Assembly (NCBI GenBank): GCA_029856125.1
Contig: JAHQWJ010000025.1
Location: 1 to 51,296 of the forward strand
DNA length: 51,296 nt
Reading direction: 5' to 3'
Source of the DNA: Promethearchaeia archaeon
GTDB taxonomy: Archaea; Asgardarchaeota; Lokiarchaeia; Sigyniarchaeales; SOKP01
Of this stretch, positions 39,150-49,400 are shown in pieces. Below the pieces are notes generated by a model, which had not been told where the DNA came from, ran no database searches, and saw nothing but the letters and a program-made list of their open reading frames with translations. The stretch's first letter is position 1, and each line of letters begins with the position of its first letter. The position numbers were made by a program, and so were the translations under genes.

Positions 39150-41150
39150 ATGCCAAAAAAGAACGAAATCATAGTATTTGATGCGAATTTTTTTATTTGT
39201 ATGAACTCGATTAGAGCTAAAAATGTGCTTGGAAACCTTGATACCGTCGCAACGGATTTAGGTTTTGAGTATCACATGAGTGCCGTTGTTTTTGACGAAA
39301 TTAAAGCTCCCCATACGTTCCGTCAAAAATTCCAAAAAATCATACATGTTTCAGAAATAACCATTTCTGAAATCGAAACTATTAAGAATGAATTAAGTAA
39401 GCAAGGTATTCGGTTTCCGGCTCAAGATCCCGATTTATCTTTATTATCGCTCTCTCAAAAATTACTTACTAACGATAAAGGTCTCAAAATAAGCTTAGTA
39501 TCAGATGACTTCAAACTCGTGAAGAATGCTAATTTATTTTTTCACGGAAAGATCAATACTTTATCGCTCTCCAGCTTTTTACTAAAAATTCACAGGACGA
39601 TTTCCAATAAGCAGTTACGGAATTATTTTAAAACTATTTGGAAAAAAAGTTTAAACTACACTTTATCGTACATGATAGAGCGTTCGAAAATTTATCCTGC
39701 CGAAGAAAAAATAACATGGTTAATAGAAAAGGCAATAAGTGTAACTCAAGACTCTATAATAACTCAGGACGCACATTATGTTGACAGTCAAAAAGGTCCC
39801 GTAAAATTTGAAATAGGAGCAAGCAAATACGAAGAGGAAATTGCTATTTGCGAAAAATATATTGAAAACCATAAGCTAGCAAATAGTGAGGAAGAGTTAA
39901 TAGCGTCGATATTAAATTTCCTTGAAAACTTAAAAATTTCTCGCGAATACATAAAGCAAGCTCGTAAGGCAATTGAAAAGCACGATTCTAAGAACGCAGT
40001 AAAATTTTTAAAGAAGGGAAATGGTTTTTTGATTTCACTATTGCAGATTGCTTCAGGTCAACTAACTAATTTAAAAGATTACGATATCGTGGAAAAGTTA
40101 ATCTGTAGCGAGATTTCAAAGATGGAATTCCTAAGAGCCTTTATATTAATTTCTTTAGGGAGGGTAAATAATGCTATAGACTCTTTAGAGAGAGCTGCTT
40201 TATTTTCTACAATAATTCATAATCACCAAACATGTTTAACTTTAAACTATGTAAAAGCGTTAATCCTGTTATTTCATGGGCTATACAACAACGCGATTAT
40301 GGCCTATAATTTTACAGAAGAGCTTGCTGACATATATAACGACGAAAGACTTAAACTTAAATGCGCGATTGGAAAATCTATTGCTATCTATATTAAAGGA
40401 GATGATAGCGAGACTGCTATGGCGATTATGGATGAAATTGCCAACATGGACATGGAAAAGAATTTCCTAGATGCTATTATCGTTTTTAGTGAACTGGGCG
40501 ATTATTTCTTAGCTTTAGGGCACTCACAACTGGCTGCAAATCTTTACAACGAGGCGTTAGAAATAAGTATTGATTATAAATTGAAAATTAGAAGCGATAT
40601 ATTAATCGAAAAATTAAAGCGAGCGTATATTGCTACTGTTCTCAATGGGTATTCAACTGAAGATATTATGGTTGATAAATTAGATGTTCTACTTAATAAG
40701 GCTTATTCGGTCAAAGATGTAGAGAAATATAATGAGCAAATTAAGAAAATCTCTAGTTTTAACATTCTGTTCTACACGCCATTTCCTTACATTTCTGGGA
40801 AAAAAAAGATTATCCCTTATATCAAACTTCCCAAAGAGCTCCAAGAAGATTACTTAGAAGTAGTTCATTTTGAGAAGGTAAAATACGCTAAAGCCTCTAA
40901 ATATCTTTTCATCGTCTCTCATTATGAATTGGGTTTGTTAGGCATTATTGTAAAAACTGATGAAAATGTTATTGGTATCGCTGAGAATTACACGTTGAAA
41001 TTAAAACCAACTTCAAAAGTTAAAATATACAACCCAACCGCAGAATTGAGAGATACTTATTTAATTAGAGCGATTATCGAGGTTGTAACTAAAAATGAAT
41101 GCGAAATTATATATTCGTTGCCATCCTTCTTTAAGGCACTAAATATATAA
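39150..41150 (+). CDS. PIN-domain nuclease fused to a TPR-like helical region
   Basis: VFDANFF, VFDE, DPDLSLL and LVSDDFKL acidic PIN residues; TPR-like ELGDYFLALGHSQLAANLYNEALEI. Confidence 0.7.
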   Translation: MPKKNEIIVFDANFFICMNSIRAKNVLGNLDTVATDLGFEYHMSAVVFDEIKAPHTFRQKFQKIIHVSEITISEIETIKNELSKQGIRFPAQDPDLSLLSLSQKLLTNDKGLKISLVSDDFKLVKNANLFFHGKINTLSLSSFLLKIHRTISNKQLRNYFKTIWKKSLNYTLSYMIERSKIYPAEEKITWLIEKAISVTQDSIITQDAHYVDSQKGPVKFEIGASKYEEEIAICEKYIENHKLANSEEELIASILNFLENLKISREYIKQARKAIEKHDSKNAVKFLKKGNGFLISLLQIASGQLTNLKDYDIVEKLICSEISKMEFLRAFILISLGRVNNAIDSLERAALFSTIIHNHQTCLTLNYVKALILLFHGLYNNAIMAYNFTEELADIYNDERLKLKCAIGKSIAIYIKGDDSETAMAIMDEIANMDMEKNFLDAIIVFSELGDYFLALGHSQLAANLYNEALEISIDYKLKIRSDILIEKLKRAYIATVLNGYSTEDIMVDKLDVLLNKAYSVKDVEKYNEQIKKISSFNILFYTPFPYISGKKKIIPYIKLPKELQEDYLEVVHFEKVKYAKASKYLFIVSHYELGLLGIIVKTDENVIGIAENYTLKLKPTSKVKIYNPTAELRDTYLIRAIIEVVTKNECEIIYSLPSFFKALNI

Positions 41151-41151
41151 C

Positions 41152-41424
41152 TTAAAATTTTCTTGAATCTTTACTTCGTTGACTAACTTGATGACTATGA
41201 ACAGCGCAACTTATACAATAATATTTTTTAGTACTTGGGGATTGAATAATCGTCCCAGTTTTCTTTAGTTCAGCGTACATTCTGCCATCAACCAAAGAAG
41301 TCCGCCTTGTTACTGCTTTAGCCTTACTTCGGGGAACCCTACGGCCACATTTACTGCATTGAACAGTCTTATAACTTCCCTTACTTGAGCCGGTTTTACC
41401 GCCACTTCTTCTCTTCTTAGGAAT
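41152..41424 (-). CDS. rps26e: Ribosomal protein eS26; missed by the ORF track, ATT start
   Basis: (I)PKKRRSGGKTGSSKGSYKTVQCSKCGRRVPRSKAK...YYCISCAVHSHQVSQRSKDSRKF*. Confidence 0.95.
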   Translation of the reverse strand: MPKKRRSGGKTGSSKGSYKTVQCSKCGRRVPRSKAKAVTRRTSLVDGRMYAELKKTGTIIQSPSTKKYYCISCAVHSHQVSQRSKDSRKF

Positions 41425-41560
41425 ACAAAATCAGCTTTTTTCTATAAGTAATTATGTTCTATTTCTAAGATTTTGAATAAGGCAAACCTTAAAAATTTTT
41501 TCTTCCCTTAGGAGCTTAGCAAGTATTAGTTCTATTAAGGTTTTCTTTCAAAAAAAGTAG

Positions 41561-42244
41561 TTACTTTTTATCGGGCGCTTCAATTTTACTTATTTCTTTA
41601 AAAGAAAATATTAATCTTTGTGCTATTGTCAAAATTAGTAGCCCTGTAAAGATTATAGTGAATATCGGGAAAAAGAGTTCGAAAGGAGTTCCATAAAATA
41701 GGTTTGTCAAGAAATAGATCCAAAATTCAGCGATAAAAGCGAACCATAAAATGATTAACCTTTCAGCTCTTTCCATAAAACCTACGCCTTTCATCTCAAT
41801 TCCTTCATTTTCAGCTCTGGAACGAATATAAGAAATCATGATAAATAAGAATAGTATCGTATATCCAACTATGTAATTAAAATATCCGCCTATTATTAAC
41901 CCTAAGACTATAACGGCATCCGAAAGGCGATCTAAGTTTGAATCTAAAAAAGCTCCTGAAATGGAAATTTTATTAGTCATCCGGGCTATTTCTCCATCGA
42001 ACACATCAAAAGCACCCGCCCAGAACATCAAAAATGGGACGATCCAAGCTATTGGAAAGGGAAAATGTAACCCTCCTAATGAGAGTAAAATAGCAACAGC
42101 TATTGAACAGAAAAAGCCACAAAATGAGAGTATATTTGGTGTAAATCCCCATTTAACTAACGCTTTAGCCGGGAGCTCGACAAATATTTCTAAAATTCTT
42201 CTCTGATTGCTCCTTTTAGTTGTAGCTTGCTCGATTTTGCTCAA
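41561..42244 (-). CDS. CDP-alcohol phosphatidyltransferase (archaetidylinositol-phosphate synthase-like)
   Basis: TPN, DVFDGEIAR...GAFLDSNLDRLSD, SYIRSRAE and GFMERAER motifs. Confidence 0.9.
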   Translation of the reverse strand: MSKIEQATTKRSNQRRILEIFVELPAKALVKWGFTPNILSFCGFFCSIAVAILLSLGGLHFPFPIAWIVPFLMFWAGAFDVFDGEIARMTNKISISGAFLDSNLDRLSDAVIVLGLIIGGYFNYIVGYTILFLFIMISYIRSRAENEGIEMKGVGFMERAERLIILWFAFIAEFWIYFLTNLFYGTPFELFFPIFTIIFTGLLILTIAQRLIFSFKEISKIEAPDKK

Positions 42245-42308
42245 TATTTAATCCTAATTATGTTTTGACAATAATACAATTTAAAAGTACTCTAAAATAA
42301 AAAATTTA

Positions 42309-42905
42309 TCATATCAATAATTGGAGATTTATTTTAATTAATCGGATCGTCGATGAAGCCAAATAAGCTCGAGAACCCAGACTTATGTTTTCCAAATTTA
42401 ACTTCTTTAATTCTTTATTGTTTAAGAGATCACCACTTTGATCACCTATAATAAATAGCAAATTATTTGAATTCAGTTTCTCAAAAACATCTTTAAAGTC
42501 TTTGCCATTCTCGTTTAACACGTAAATCTTATATTTTTTTTCAACGAAATTCTTAATAGCGTCAAAAATATCTAATTTTGAGTATTTTATTGAGTCCAAT
42601 GGCGTTTCAGGAAGCTTTTCTCCTTTTTTCGTTTTTTTAATAAATTCTACAAAGAAATCCGTTAAAAGAATTTCGTTTTTTGGGAAAGACTCATCATTGA
42701 ACAGATCAGCGTCAAAGACAAATGTTCCATACTTATCTAGAAAAACCCATATTTGAATATTTTCTTCAAGTTCCGTACCAATTGTAAGCGCTGATAAAAT
42801 ACATCTTGAGATTACATCAAGTCTTCCAGATGATCCTGGGATGTCTTTAATAGTATATCTGCTAATATCTACTGTTCTCGAATTTATAAAAAAGATTAAG
42901 TTCAC
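42309..42905 (-). CDS. trmY: tRNA (pseudouridine54-N1)-methyltransferase, SPOUT fold
   Basis: GSSGRLDVISRC, LNENG, FIIGDQ and ISLG motifs. Confidence 0.8.
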   Translation of the reverse strand: MNLIFFINSRTVDISRYTIKDIPGSSGRLDVISRCILSALTIGTELEENIQIWVFLDKYGTFVFDADLFNDESFPKNEILLTDFFVEFIKKTKKGEKLPETPLDSIKYSKLDIFDAIKNFVEKKYKIYVLNENGKDFKDVFEKLNSNNLLFIIGDQSGDLLNNKELKKLNLENISLGSRAYLASSTIRLIKINLQLLI

Positions 42906-43018
42906 GAATTTAAAATAAAACCATCTAATTTAAATGAGTATTAATAAGTTATGAAGTGAAAATTAAAAAAAAAGGTTGGTTTTATTTCTTTTTTTTTTCT
43001 TTTTAGAACTAATCCAGA

Positions 43019-43327
43019 CTAGCTTAATTTCCTTTTCTTCAAACGAGTAATCAAATAAAAAGTTCCAGTTAGTACAGTTATAGATAGAACAATACCGATA
43101 ATCCCTGCAACATAATCGTTAGTAATCCAACTTAAGAAAGGAATCCACGGAGAAAATAGATTTTCAAGCCATTCTTCTCCATTATAATCTATTAACACTC
43201 TTTCTAGCCCATCAGGATTGTCAGAAAGAAATCCTATTGTAAACCCTACTGCTATAACAAACATGAGAGCGGCAACTATGGTTAGAATTGTGATGAGAGC
43301 CCATTTATACTTTTTTATTGCACCCAT
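43019..43327 (-). CDS. PDGLE-domain ECF accessory protein (NikN-like)
   Basis: SDNPDGLE between two TM helices; directly follows cbiM. Confidence 0.85.
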   Translation of the reverse strand: MGAIKKYKWALITILTIVAALMFVIAVGFTIGFLSDNPDGLERVLIDYNGEEWLENLFSPWIPFLSWITNDYVAGIIGIVLSITVLTGTFYLITRLKKRKLS

Positions 43328-43329
43328 TT

Positions 43330-44001
43330 TTATTTCACCTTCAGTATTGATTCAGTTGTAATAAAATCGGGTTTCGTTTTATAAATATAAAACACGATAA
43401 GAGCAGAGATTATTGCTTCACCAATTCCTATTAGGATATGCCAAAAAACCATAGCCGGAACGACAATTTCAATTGGAATCGTCCCACTAATACCTATTTC
43501 AATACCACATATGAAAGAGGCTAGAACAATAGCGATATAAGATCCTATAGCAGTTGCAATCGTGACTTTTAATTCTTTCTTCAGCGATGTATTATTCAGA
43601 AGTCTTACGAATAACATAACTAAATAGAAACCTACAATACCACCAATTATTCCCATATTGAAAGCATTTGCTCCTAACGCAGTAATGCCCCCATCTCCAA
43701 AAAGACTTTGAATAACTAAAATTAAAAATAATACTATAACAGACGCCCAAGGACCAAGGATAATCGCTACTAGCGTACCTCCAACCAAATGACCTGAAGT
43801 CCCTCCTGGAACGGGATAATTAACAAATTGAAACGCAAAGATAATTGCAGCCAATACTCCTATGTAGGGGATCATCTTTTCAGAATCTTCTTTTTCAAAC
43901 ATTTTACCCATCCTAAAATACCCTAAAACCATAATCGCAATTGTAACAATCCAGAGCACGATAGTTGTTATAGGGTCTAATAATCCGTCAGGTATATGCA
44001 T
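43330..44001 (-). CDS. cbiM: ECF Co/Ni transporter substrate component
   Basis: MHIPDG N-terminus; GTSGHLVGG, FGDGGITALGAN and HILIGIGE motifs. Confidence 0.93.
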   Translation of the reverse strand: MHIPDGLLDPITTIVLWIVTIAIMVLGYFRMGKMFEKEDSEKMIPYIGVLAAIIFAFQFVNYPVPGGTSGHLVGGTLVAIILGPWASVIVLFLILVIQSLFGDGGITALGANAFNMGIIGGIVGFYLVMLFVRLLNNTSLKKELKVTIATAIGSYIAIVLASFICGIEIGISGTIPIEIVVPAMVFWHILIGIGEAIISALIVFYIYKTKPDFITTESILKVK

Positions 44002-44199
44002 TTTTTATTTACCAATATTTTATTATCGATTAATTTTTTTGTCATGAATAATATTTTATCATAATTTAGTATTATTTAAAAACGATATGATAATTTTATA
44101 AATTAATATGAAGTATCAACTTGGAGCTATTCGAGTTTCATATAAGGAATAGTCTAATGAGCTTCGCTAAATAATAGAAATTTAAGGAGATAAAATAAA

Positions 44200-45003
44200 T
44201 TGGACATAGAATTACCCTTCAAACACGAAGATGAAAAAAATTTCTTAAATAAGATTCATCCATTAATTCGATTTATTCTCCCGTTTATCTTAGTCGTACC
44301 TTTTCTTATTGTAAGCGATGTTTATTTAGTAATTACGGTTATTATTTTTGTTATATTTTTCAATTTGGTGTTTCGTTTACATCTATTAAAGATTTTTTCA
44401 AAACTGAAAGGGTTAATTCCCTTCATACTTCTTATTACAATTTTTGTTCCTTTCTACATTGGAAACACCGTATTCTTTCAATTGAATCTTGGAGTTCCAC
44501 TCAATATTTATGTAGAAGGATTATCTTATGCCTTAATTCTATTTTTTCGAATTGTAGGCGCGGCGTTTGTATTCCTAACATTTTTTACTTCTTTAACTTA
44601 CTCGGAATTTATTGAAGCGCTAACCAAACTTCGAGCAATTCCTTCATTTTTTGTAGGTAGTATAATTATCATGCTTCATTACATTCCAATTCTCGCAAGA
44701 TCTAACAGAAAAGTACTGGAAGCACAAGATTTAAGAGGAAAAAACTTTACATCGTATTGGCAAAGGCTTAAAACTCACGGATTCATAATGGGGAAGAATG
44801 TAGTACACAATATGGAAAGAAGCGAAAAATTGTACGAGAGTTTAAAAATGAGGGGTTTTTCTGGTAAAATTACTTTTTCTTCTAAGAAAATAAAATTAGC
44901 GGATATACTGATAGTAATATTGTTTGTGTTTATTGTGATTTCTTTCGTCTATTTCATCAATCTAGAACGGATATATGTGGGGGTTTTTCAATTATTAGTC
45001 TAA
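44200..45003 (+). CDS. cbiQ: ECF transporter T component
   Basis: LNKIHP, AQDLRG and SLKMRGF motifs. Confidence 0.88.
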   Translation: MDIELPFKHEDEKNFLNKIHPLIRFILPFILVVPFLIVSDVYLVITVIIFVIFFNLVFRLHLLKIFSKLKGLIPFILLITIFVPFYIGNTVFFQLNLGVPLNIYVEGLSYALILFFRIVGAAFVFLTFFTSLTYSEFIEALTKLRAIPSFFVGSIIIMLHYIPILARSNRKVLEAQDLRGKNFTSYWQRLKTHGFIMGKNVVHNMERSEKLYESLKMRGFSGKITFSSKKIKLADILIVILFVFIVISFVYFINLERIYVGVFQLLV

Positions 45004-45743
45004 TAGAAGTGGAGAATTTAAATTTTGAGTACAATTCAAGTTTTTCTCTTAATGATTTATCTTTAACCATACAAGAAAATTCAATCTATGCTTTAACAGG
45101 GAATAACGGGTCAGGTAAAACTACCTTTCTTAGGTTATTAGTTGGTTTACTGAAACCTAAATCTGGAACTATTAAAATTTTTGACGAAATCTTGACAAGA
45201 GATAAACAACAGTTATGGAGACTTAGACAAAAAATCGGATTTTTATTTCAAAACCCAGACGATCAATTATTTGCCCCAACGATAGGAGAGGATGTGGGAT
45301 TTGGAGCAAGGAATCTAGGACTTGAAGAGCCTGAAGTGAACAAGAGAGTTGAATGGGCGCTCGAGGCAGTTAAATTATTGCAATACGCTAAAAGTTCTCC
45401 CTACGATTTATCTTGGGGGCAAAAAAAAAGAGCAGCTTTAGCAGGGTTATTAGTAATGAAGCCGAAACTGTTAATATTAGACGAACCTTTCGCAAATCTT
45501 GATTTTAAATCAATATATAACCACTTACAAATTTTTAAAACACTTAAAGAAGAACAAAAAATGACAATATTGTTTACTACTCACAATCTTTTCTTTATAG
45601 AACATTGGGCAGATAAAATGCTTGTATTAAACGATGGAAAGGCTATATTTGAAGGCATTCCTAAGGATGGATTAAATCATCCCAAAATCAAGCAATTATT
45701 GGGTTCGTATGATGACCTCTTAACTCTTATTAACCAAAAGTAA
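44994..45743 (+). CDS. cbiO: ECF transporter ATPase; probable ATT start, GTG at 45009
   Basis: (I)SLIEVENL N-terminus; GNNGSGKT, FQNPDDQLF, LSWGQKKR and LDEP motifs. Confidence 0.9.
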   Translation: MSLIEVENLNFEYNSSFSLNDLSLTIQENSIYALTGNNGSGKTTFLRLLVGLLKPKSGTIKIFDEILTRDKQQLWRLRQKIGFLFQNPDDQLFAPTIGEDVGFGARNLGLEEPEVNKRVEWALEAVKLLQYAKSSPYDLSWGQKKRAALAGLLVMKPKLLILDEPFANLDFKSIYNHLQIFKTLKEEQKMTILFTTHNLFFIEHWADKMLVLNDGKAIFEGIPKDGLNHPKIKQLLGSYDDLLTLINQK

Positions 45744-45799
45744 TTTAATTTTCACTAAAATAGAATAAATTTTTTAACTTGTTTTTTATATTATTACTT

Positions 45800-46229
45800 G
45801 GGAAAACGATGACGGAACATTAGCATATTCGAGGACGCTTATGATAACCCGTGATTAAGCGTGCAAAATAATGCTTACATCCTAAGTTTATTAATCAACA
45901 ACTTACTGCATCAAAAATGGGCTCTTAATCAAGCTATGGTATTACCTTGTGATGAGATTGGAGTCAGACCCAGCATGCAGACATGGTTATGCCCCAAAAA
46001 GGCATAGAAATTACCGCCTAGCACGAGAGAACTTATTTGATGTTTATGGTATGACCATAAGATGATAAATGTGTGTTAGTGTTCTCAGGCAACAATATAT
46101 GCTGATTGAGGCGACCAATAAGCCGCTTGCTTCTTTCACGAAGAGATAGTACTCCTCGCTCTCGGTTAGACCGTTAAATACGCGACTTGCGTTTCCTAGG
46201 ATTACTTAAACCATGTCGTTACTTTTTTT
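45800..46229 (+). ncRNA. Putative ~420-nt structured non-coding RNA of unknown family
   Basis: No ORF; GC above the intergenic background; many nested helices; TATA-like TTTTTAA at about 45771 and a U7 tract at 46223-46229. Confidence 0.65.
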
Positions 46230-46436
46230 AGCAACCCAGCCGATTTCACAAAGTAAATCCGTGTTTTTAAATCCCACGAATTTTTTTTTTGACGGGAAAC
46301 TGTTTATATCTCGAAATAATTAAGTATCCAACCAAGTGTCACTTTTATAAGAAATATTATGCGTGAGTAATCTTTTTTAAGGGAGAAGTTCAATTATAGC
46401 TTATAAGACAAGAATGAATAATTGAGAATTTAAAAG

Positions 46437-49400
46437 ATGAAAACAGAATTCAAGAAAGTATGTAAAATTAATAAACTTATTACTTTAAAACTTGAGAAGA
46501 ATGGATGGATAGAAATATTTATAGAAGATGAATTAATCGCAGGGATGACAAAAAATCCAGAAAATTTACCTCCAGAAGTTTATTTTGAAAAATTGTGTAG
46601 AAAAATGAAAAATTGGGTAAATACCAATTATGATTGTACTTTAATAGATGTGAGCATTGCTTTTCGTTTATTAGAAAAGTTAATTGAGGTTGGAGATAGG
46701 ACTGTTAAAATTGCAATGAAAAGAGAGTATTTAAAAAAAATTAAAAGTATCGTTCATGAAACTGATATCAAGTACATTGATGAGCTAAATTATCTATTAG
46801 ACGCACAATTTGTGAAGTATTTTGATAGTGGAGAATTAAATAAGGTTCTTAGCAATTTTAACCTGCCACTTTTCAAAATAATATTGAGAAAATTAATTCA
46901 CTTTGAAGATTATGGCGAAAAGAGGCATTCAATATGGGCTCTGAATAAAATTGCGAATTTTACTCCCATTGTTATTGATGATTATATATCTGAGAATTTT
47001 TTAGATTCAAAATATGATATTTTATTCTGTTTGGTCAAAGAAGGAATTCTCAATAAAATTTCAATTGATAATTTATTTATATTATTTGAAAGACCTAATT
47101 CAAAAATAAAGGAATTTTTATTACTCTGTCTTAAAAATGACGATAAAAATGTTAGAAGCAATGCTGCTGAAATTTTATGCAAAGGTAACCAAATAATAAT
47201 TAATTACATTAAAAATGAAGTCTTAAAAACGGGGGATCATGAAAAAATCATATTTCTTCAAAATTTACTGAAAAGTGGTTATTTTGTTTTTATAAATGAT
47301 GATGATCTTAGACATTTTTTAGAAGATCTAAATCAAAATTTACTTATTGAATTAGTTAATATATCCATAGAGAATTTGATACAACTTTTAGAGAGTAAAA
47401 ATTACGAATCTAGGATAATTAAAGAAAATCTTATACTTCCTTCATTAAAAAGGATAGTAAGTAATAGTGAAGATAGTATAAAGAAAGTATTTGAGGAAAA
47501 TATTGTCAATTTAGTTAATAAAGAGAAATTCTTAATGAATTTTTATTTATTTAGTGGGGGTTATTTAGCTTATCTGAGAGAATCGGAGAAATTAATTTAT
47601 TTTAGTGCAATTTCATCTAAAATTTTAGATAAGTTCGAAAAAGAATCAAATAAAATTGATAGATACGAAAGAGAAATTTTATTAAAAGGGTTTTCAAACT
47701 TAGGAATAGATTCAATTGGTTTACTGTTCAAATTGTTAAGCACTAAGATTATGCGGGAATGGAAAAAAAGTCTATCAGATATTCTCATCAAAATTGGAGA
47801 TGAAAATAGAGAATTAATTAGAAAAGAACTTTTTAATCTCTTTTTATCCTTAGAGTATGAAGAATTGTCAGATATCCTATATTTCGGAAAATTAATAGAC
47901 TATCTTGAAAAAGATGATTTAATTAAATTATCCGATAACATCCAAGCAAAGTTAATGCAAAAAATTAAACTTGCTTTAGAAGATGATTACGAGAGTACAG
48001 CTATAAATTTATTAATTAAAATGGAAGAGTATGGAATTGAGACATTGCTAGAATGGTTAAAATATGCTAATACCGAATATTTTGATAGTTTTATTCTAGA
48101 ATTCTTAAAATCTTTGAAAAAAAATGTTCTTATCCCTCTTCTCCAAGAAGCATTAATAGATATTATCAGAAGTAAGGATTTTAAAGGATTACTTAATCTC
48201 ATCCATCATGATCTGATAAAAATTTTATCTAAAGAAGAAATTTTAAGTATTTTTTGGACAGAGGATAAATTAATCACATCACTAGTTGACCTATTAGAAA
48301 AAAAATCTATAAACTCTTTTACTTTTTCATACCCTTTAAGAATAATATGTGAGGTTATAGGTCCCGAGGCAGAAAACCTTCTATTACGCGTCTTCATTCA
48401 TGAAGTAATTAATGATGAATGTGAATATTCTGATGAACGTGATTTCGGTCCGAGAATTTTTAATCTAATGAAAAAAGAAATATTTGAATTTGAAAGAGGA
48501 AAAGACACGATAATTATCGGAAATAAAAAAATGTCCTCGGCTATACAAGGATCTGTCTTACTTTCTACAATAAATGTAATGAATGATACGGAAAAAGAAA
48601 AAATCATTCAAAACAGAGAAATACTCCGACAAATATTTATATTGTATAATAATTCCGGCTTTCCCAATAAGACTCCTTTTGACTTTTTCAATAACGCTCA
48701 ACTTAGGCAGATACCTTTAAGGTGTTTAGCTTTTTCCTTTTTTATGGAGGAAGATATATTAGGTATCTCGAGTCTTTTATCTATATGGGGTTTCTCGTTT
48801 AATAAACTAATAGATACTCTAGAATTGGAGGATTGGAGAGAAATAATTGAAAAACCGAATTTTAATTTTATTGAACTGATAACGAAAGCAATGTTGCTTG
48901 AGTTAGATAAAAGTTATTCTCCTAATAATTTTACAAACAAATGGCTTGTTGAATATATGGGACAAGTCCGAGGAAAACTGAAGGAACAAATAAAGGTTAA
49001 AATAATAGACAGTTTTCAACAGAAAAATGTTCATGCTATTTTAGGTATTTTTAGTATGGATTATCATTATTATATTTCGGAAGAAGAAATTATTATTTTG
49101 ATTGAAGGTTCAATTGAAGCCTGTATAAAAGCTCAAAAGATTAAAAAAAATGACACATTGGATTTTTATATTCAGAGAATACATGATATACCAAAAATCG
49201 GCGAAATTGAACTCCAAAAGTTATCTGAACGAGAAAAAGTTATTTTTCAAGAATTAAAAAATAGTCTACTTGTAAGCATTAACGACATAAAAATTGAGAA
49301 TGGAAAAATTATTGGTTTGGAATTAAAAAGTAGGGCTTTAAATGAATTACCAAAATACATTATGCAACTTACTTACTTAGAGGAATTGAATTTAAGTCAA

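Noticed and set aside
45800-46229. RNase P, SRP RNA, group I/II intron or cobalamin riboswitch identity
   Set aside because: Only partial motif echoes (GCGGCUUAU on minus; AAGAGAUAGU and GAGUCAGA on plus) in the wrong order or context; no flanking exons; lies downstream of the cbi genes
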